Origin: Macrostomum hystrix
Taxonomy: Eukaryota > Animalia > Platyhelminthes
Direction: 5' to 3'
DNA length: 64,000 nt
NCBI GenBank assembly: GCA_950097015.1
Contig: CATNEN010000002.1
Location: forward strand, 4,898,001-4,962,000
The position numbers and the translations under genes were made by a program. Below the pieces are notes generated by a model. The model made no database searches. It was not told where the DNA came from and saw only the letters and a program-made list of their open reading frames with translations. The first letter of the stretch is position 1. Every line of letters starts with the position of its first letter. This document shows positions 61,735 to 64,000 of this stretch, piece by piece.

Positions 61735-61915
61735 TAGCCTATTGTAGTTAAAGCTTCAGACTTCAGACCGAAAAGTCGAGCGTTCGAGTCTCAGACAAAC
61801 GGAGACAATTTGTGTCATTGTTCAATACACTGAATTCACTAGTCACATTTCTTTTTGAAGTGAGAATGAATGCTCAGTCAGTATGACGCCTTAGAGCCAC
61901 TTGCAAAAGCGGCAG
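61735..61915 (+). mobile_element. tRNA-headed SINE, diverged
   Basis: TAGCCTATTGTAGTTAAAGC and GTTCGAGTCTC. Its tail gacgccttagagccacttgcaaaa is also found inverted at ~57297. Confidence 0.6.
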
Positions 61916-62020
61916 TGATCTTCTGAAGTTAAAGAAGCCGGCTTAGCTAGACCAACAAGTCTGTGTGATGCACTCTGAATTGCATAATGGCTGCTGATTG
62001 ATACAAGTTTTCAAAGTTGG

Positions 62021-62313
62021 TGTTAGACTTCACTCTGTGTGAATCTGGGCTTGGCGGGCTTCACTGTACGTTGCGTTATGATTTGCTGGCTTATGTACGT
62101 GTTATCACTCAGTCCTGCTGTGCGCGTGCTATCGTTATATTGCTTATCTTATCTTGCATGTACATGGCTGGTTTTTGTCCTGGGGTTGGGGCTGCTCAAC
62201 TCCAGTGTGTTATTGAGCCACAATATATTGACTATCGCATCGCTTTCGCCTGGCTTTTCTTGATTGGTTTTCGTCACATCGCAAACTCTCGCCTTGGCTT
62301 GTCTCGACTAACA
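62021..62313. mobile_element. Solo LTR, 293 bp
   Basis: Begins TGTTAG and ends CTAACA (inverted termini), flanked by an exact 5-bp target-site duplication GTTGG (62016-62020 and 62314-62318). Confidence 0.85.
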
Positions 62314-64000
62314 GTTGGATTAAAAGAAAGCATTTTTACAAGTTCCACTTGTGACTATTCGCATTCACGCACCTTCGACTCGGCATCTCAGTAGCGCCTT
62401 TAATTGTTCCAGGAGGTCATGAAAGGGTTTCAGATCCCTACTTCAGGTTTCAGATCCCTACTTCGGGTTTTAGCTCCCTACTTCGGGTTTTAGCTCCCTA
62501 CTTCTGATTAATAATGTGCGGCGTGCTCGGAGAGTCAAGTGAGTGTTTTTTATTATCTTGACCACTGGGCCAATCGGATATGTGCTCGTAGTACTAGGGC
62601 TATAGCCCTAGGGCTAGGGCTAGACTAGGGCTCGTAGTTATTGCCACGTTACGAGTACGTACTCTTAATATTTGTCTGCGTTTGCGTGCCAAATCGATGG
62701 GTATGGCAAAAAATGTAAATAAAAAATTTGACAACTCAAATGCACGATTAGTCGATTGTAAGGCTTAAAAAGATATTTACTACAAATTTTTCGTTTTAGA
62801 TTTAAAAAGTTTTTCTTGTTTTAAAAAAAGCGGCGCTTGAAAATACGCATTGTGGTGTAAATACTCGTATTATAATCTGGCTGCCGGTGTCACCAGGACG
62901 ACTTTGTTGTTTGACGATGCAACCAATCTGAATAAATAAGAAGCCTATATTGAAAACAAAAAAACATAAAAATAATATAACATTATAACATAAAAAAATA
63001 TTTGCTGAGTTCTAGTAACTCAGCAAAAAAGTCTCCGAGTCAACGGTATAACATTTTAGCTACTGGATTGGGCACATCTAAGCTGTTAATCACTGCCTGA
63101 AATCGAGAAAATGTTTGAATGGCGATAAAAAATATGAAAAATATTGTTAAAACTGCAAAAACTACTGAATTCGTAGAAATGTCGACCGAAAAGTAACAGT
63201 TTCTTTGAAATTAGCACAAGAAAAGACACGCACGTTCCGGGTTTCTGATTATTGGAGGCAATCAGAAACGGCGAAATAATTTTATCAGTCATATAGTTTG
63301 CTGGAATACATAAAAGAGCCTAAAAAGCGAAGCCAAAGTTCTGAATATTGAATACTGAATATTGAAGTTCAATTAACCAACGATTAAGAGAAATAACTTG
63401 TGAACATTTCCTCATACCTTGCATATAGCTTCGTAATCAGTGATGGTTAAATGATCCATTGTGAGACAGTTGCAGACATCGCATTGCTCGTATTTAATAC
63501 ACGAGGATCATTCGATTGATTTGCATAGTCCATTTGTGAAAGTTTACCAGCCTCCAAATAGGAAAATTTACATTTTGAATTTAACGAATCAACATAAAAA
63601 ACCTGCTGCATAAAACACCGCAGCCGTCTCACCAATGACTAACTAAAGTAACGCATACTAACGTTCTAAAGCAACGTAAGTCTACTTACGCAGTCATTGT
63701 GTCTAACATGAATCACAATTTGATTACTTTGGTTCAAAACTACAAGCATTGAACCAACCATCGCCTAAGTACAATTCCCTTAAAACTAGCATTCAAGGAT
63801 ATCCGTCTTCAAAAGTCATTTCTGTCCGCAAAAAACAATAAATAATCTAAATCTGTCTTCTTATAACGAGTAACACTACAAAAAATAAGTGGGAAGGAAT
63901 GTCATGTCCGTCTAATCGTCTGTGCAAACAACTCTGGTCATTGCTTTAATGACAGTCCTTCCTCCTTGTGAAACAACTACCTGTCACATGTAATCGTAAA

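Noticed and set aside
57297-61911. ~28-bp inverted repeat pair that could be TIRs of a transposon carrying the fibrinogen-domain gene
   Set aside because: The right copy is internal to a tRNA-headed SINE, so these are best explained as two oppositely oriented SINE tails. No TSD seen.

Overview
Eukaryotic, intron-containing, repeat-rich animal DNA. The style (short introns, minisatellite-stuffed introns, tRNA-derived SINEs, tightly packed co-directional genes) suggests a free-living flatworm such as Macrostomum; this is inference only. Left half (2-27.7 kb): six co-directional + strand genes that I could splice by hand with GT-AG junctions and consistent phases: OXSR1/SPAK-type kinase, RNase Z (ELAC1), YPEL5, TRMT13, a C8orf76-like TPR protein and an unidentified 137-aa protein. 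They look like a trans-spliced operon. Two of them start with a splice acceptor directly followed by Asp where the initiator Met should be, consistent with a Met donated by the spliced leader's AUG. Right half (28-61.5 kb): a putative host-defence cluster. It holds a birth-and-death family of signal peptide + PAN-like + F-type (fucose) lectin genes (3 intact, several decayed, in a ~6 kb tandem segmental duplication), two paralogous secreted precursors with an acidic pro-region, a highly cationic helix and a poly-His tail sharing a palindromic upstream element, and a PAN-like + fibrinogen-domain gene. LINE, Gypsy, tyrosine-recombinase retroelement, piggyBac-like and solo-LTR remnants are interspersed. 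Most entries in the supplied ORF track are repeat or antisense artefacts. Family assignments come from motif recognition without database searches; repeat and TE boundaries are approximate.
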